From: Bacilli bacterium | GTDB taxonomy: Bacteria > Bacillota_I > Bacilli_A > ML615J-28 > CAG-698 | Length of the DNA: 64,000 bases | Direction: 5' to 3' | Assembly (NCBI GenBank): GCA_050953065.1 | Contig: JBMNLZ010000003.1 | Location: 506,853 to 570,852, forward strand | Shown: positions 62,385 through 64,000 of the stretch, piece by piece | How positions within the stretch are numbered: position 1 is the first letter of the stretch | Layout of the letters: each line of letters begins with the position of its first letter | Made by a program: the position numbers and the translations under genes | The notes under the pieces: model-generated | What the model was told of the DNA's origin: nothing | Databases searched by the model: none | The model's input: the letters and a program-made list of their open reading frames with translations, nothing else

Positions 62385-64000
62385 TTATAATACTATTTCT
62401 GATCTATCCCTTTTACCACTAACAGCTGCTCCTACAGTACCAGGAACTGTAACTCTATAAGTTTTAGATTCAGTTATTCCTGCTTTAGAAACTTTAATTG
62501 TATAACTTACTACTGTATCAGAAGCAGGTTTAGAAATTACATGCCCATAATTATTAATAATTGATGTATTGCCTGATGAGAAAGTAATTGTAAAAGTATT
62601 ATATAATGTTCTATATTGATATTCTGCTTTAACCATCTTAGCAAACACTTCAGTATAAAGTCCTGATTCTCTTAATTCTTGAGGACAGTTCTTACCTGAG
62701 AAATGGTTATGTTGTTTAACTCTACTTGTAGGAAGTGAATATCTTGCTAAAATATCCGCAGTTAATTTAGCTGTTCTATGCCATGTCATAAATAGGTCAT
62801 TACCTTGGTCTTGAGTCATTTCAAATACCAATTCCATTAGATCCACCACCTGTAATACAAGGTTGCACCATATGTAGAGTTATAATAAGTACTTCCTGCT
62901 GGTCGCATTCCATCTCCCTGCATGCCATGCTACACTTGATTTCTTTAACTCCACTATATACAGATTTTAGCATCAACACAATAATGGATAGATACATCCG
63001 CTGTTGAACAATATCTAGCTGTCATACGAGCATCAGCTCCTAAGTTATTATTTCCAGTATGGTGAATTACAACATACCAAACTTTTGTCATTGCATTATG
63101 ATAACGTCCATAAATATTCTTTATTAATTGTGTTTGTACCTGGCCAGAAATATGAAACGCTTCCTAGAGTTCTTTCAGTTTTACGTACATTTCCATAAGT
63201 GTAAACATTTCTAGATAATGTTCTAGTAACTAAGTATTGTTCTATCCAACTAAACACTGCACCATAATGAACAACTCCACCTGAACCACTTGAACCAACT
63301 GTTAAAATAATTGTACCTCTTCCCTTTGAAGGATGAGTTACTGTGATTGTTGCAGATCCAGTTGCTAAAGCTGAAATTGTTCCATATGAAGAAACTGTTG
63401 CAATACTACTATTGCTTGATGAGAATGTACATTCAAGTCTTGATACATCATTTCCGCTTGAATCTTTAACATATAATTGATAACCACTTGCTCCTACTGG
63501 TATAGTTCCAGTTGGACTTTGTGTGATTGTCAAAGTTCCTGCAGGAGGAGGTGTTGTGCCACCACCAGATCCAATTGTTAAAACAATTGAGCCTGTTCCT
63601 TTTGAAGGATGAGTTACAGTAATTGTTGCAGTTCCATTTGCTAAAGCTGAAATTGTTCCATATGAAGAAACTGTTGCAACACTAGAATTACTTGATGAGA
63701 ATGTACATTCAAGTCTTGAAATACTAGCTCCACTTGAATCGTTTACATATATTTGATAACCACTTGCTCCTACTGCGATTGTTCCAGTTGGACTTTGTGT
63801 TATTGTTAAAGAACCACTAGGGGCTGCAGTAACTGTTACTGCACATGTTGCTTTTAATGCTGTATTAGCAACTGAAGTTGCTGTAATTGTTGCATTACCA
63901 GCTGCAACTGCTGTTACAACACCACTTGAAGATACTGTTGCTACACTTGTATTACTACTTGTCCAAGTAACTGCTGTATTAGTTAAATTAGAAACTGTAG
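62385..64000 (-). pseudogene. Second Ig-stalk Amidase_2 gene (5' end beyond the window), frameshifted in the catalytic domain
   Basis: Frame open from 64000 to ~63110 with Big_2 and two SRLEC modules; amidase colinear with the 58640 gene but with ~6 single-base insertions in 62820-63120; may be sequencing error. Confidence 0.75.

Noticed and set aside
62385-63533. Two separate genes 62385-62849 and 63096-63533
   Set aside because: Both are fragments of one frameshifted amidase lipoprotein gene colinear with 58640-62221
1-64000. tRNA, rRNA, IS elements, prophage
   Set aside because: No cloverleaf or rRNA-like sequence, transposase, integrase or phage structural gene recognised

Overview
Very AT-rich bacterial chromosome segment. 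Almost all genes lie on the minus strand. The genetic code appears standard (TGA ends sufB, Trp is TGG), and the many lipoproteins and Firmicutes-type housekeeping genes suggest a code-11 Mollicutes-like Bacilli lineage (Acholeplasma/Anaeroplasma/Izemoplasma-like); this assignment is an inference. The left end holds the start of a type III-A CRISPR-Cas operon (csm6-cas10-csm2-csm3, running off the window; no array visible), a divergent WYL gene, and a nuclease-like + N-terminally extended RuvB pair. The middle is an accessory region: Ig-like (Big_2) stalk lipoproteins with different catalytic domains (Cthe_2159-like beta-helix, phosphodiester glycosidase, GDPD), a non-catalytic multi-module lipoprotein, two DUF885 lipoproteins, an Mrr-HRDC/receiver/histidine-kinase trio, CoA-disulfide reductase, a lipoprotein/ECF sigma/anti-sigma module, a DUF4143 ATPase, a BspA-like LRR protein and a Bro-N-Fic protein. 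The right part has core genes (apbE-sufCDSUB, uvrC, rimP-nusA-infB-rbfA, thiI, rpsD) and two Ig-stalk peptidoglycan amidase genes, one broken by clustered 1-bp insertions. Best candidates for novelty are the modular surface-hydrolase family with a shared 'SRxxC/YG' module (possibly bacteriolytic, possibly scaffolded), two putative defence cassettes, and a small structured RNA.
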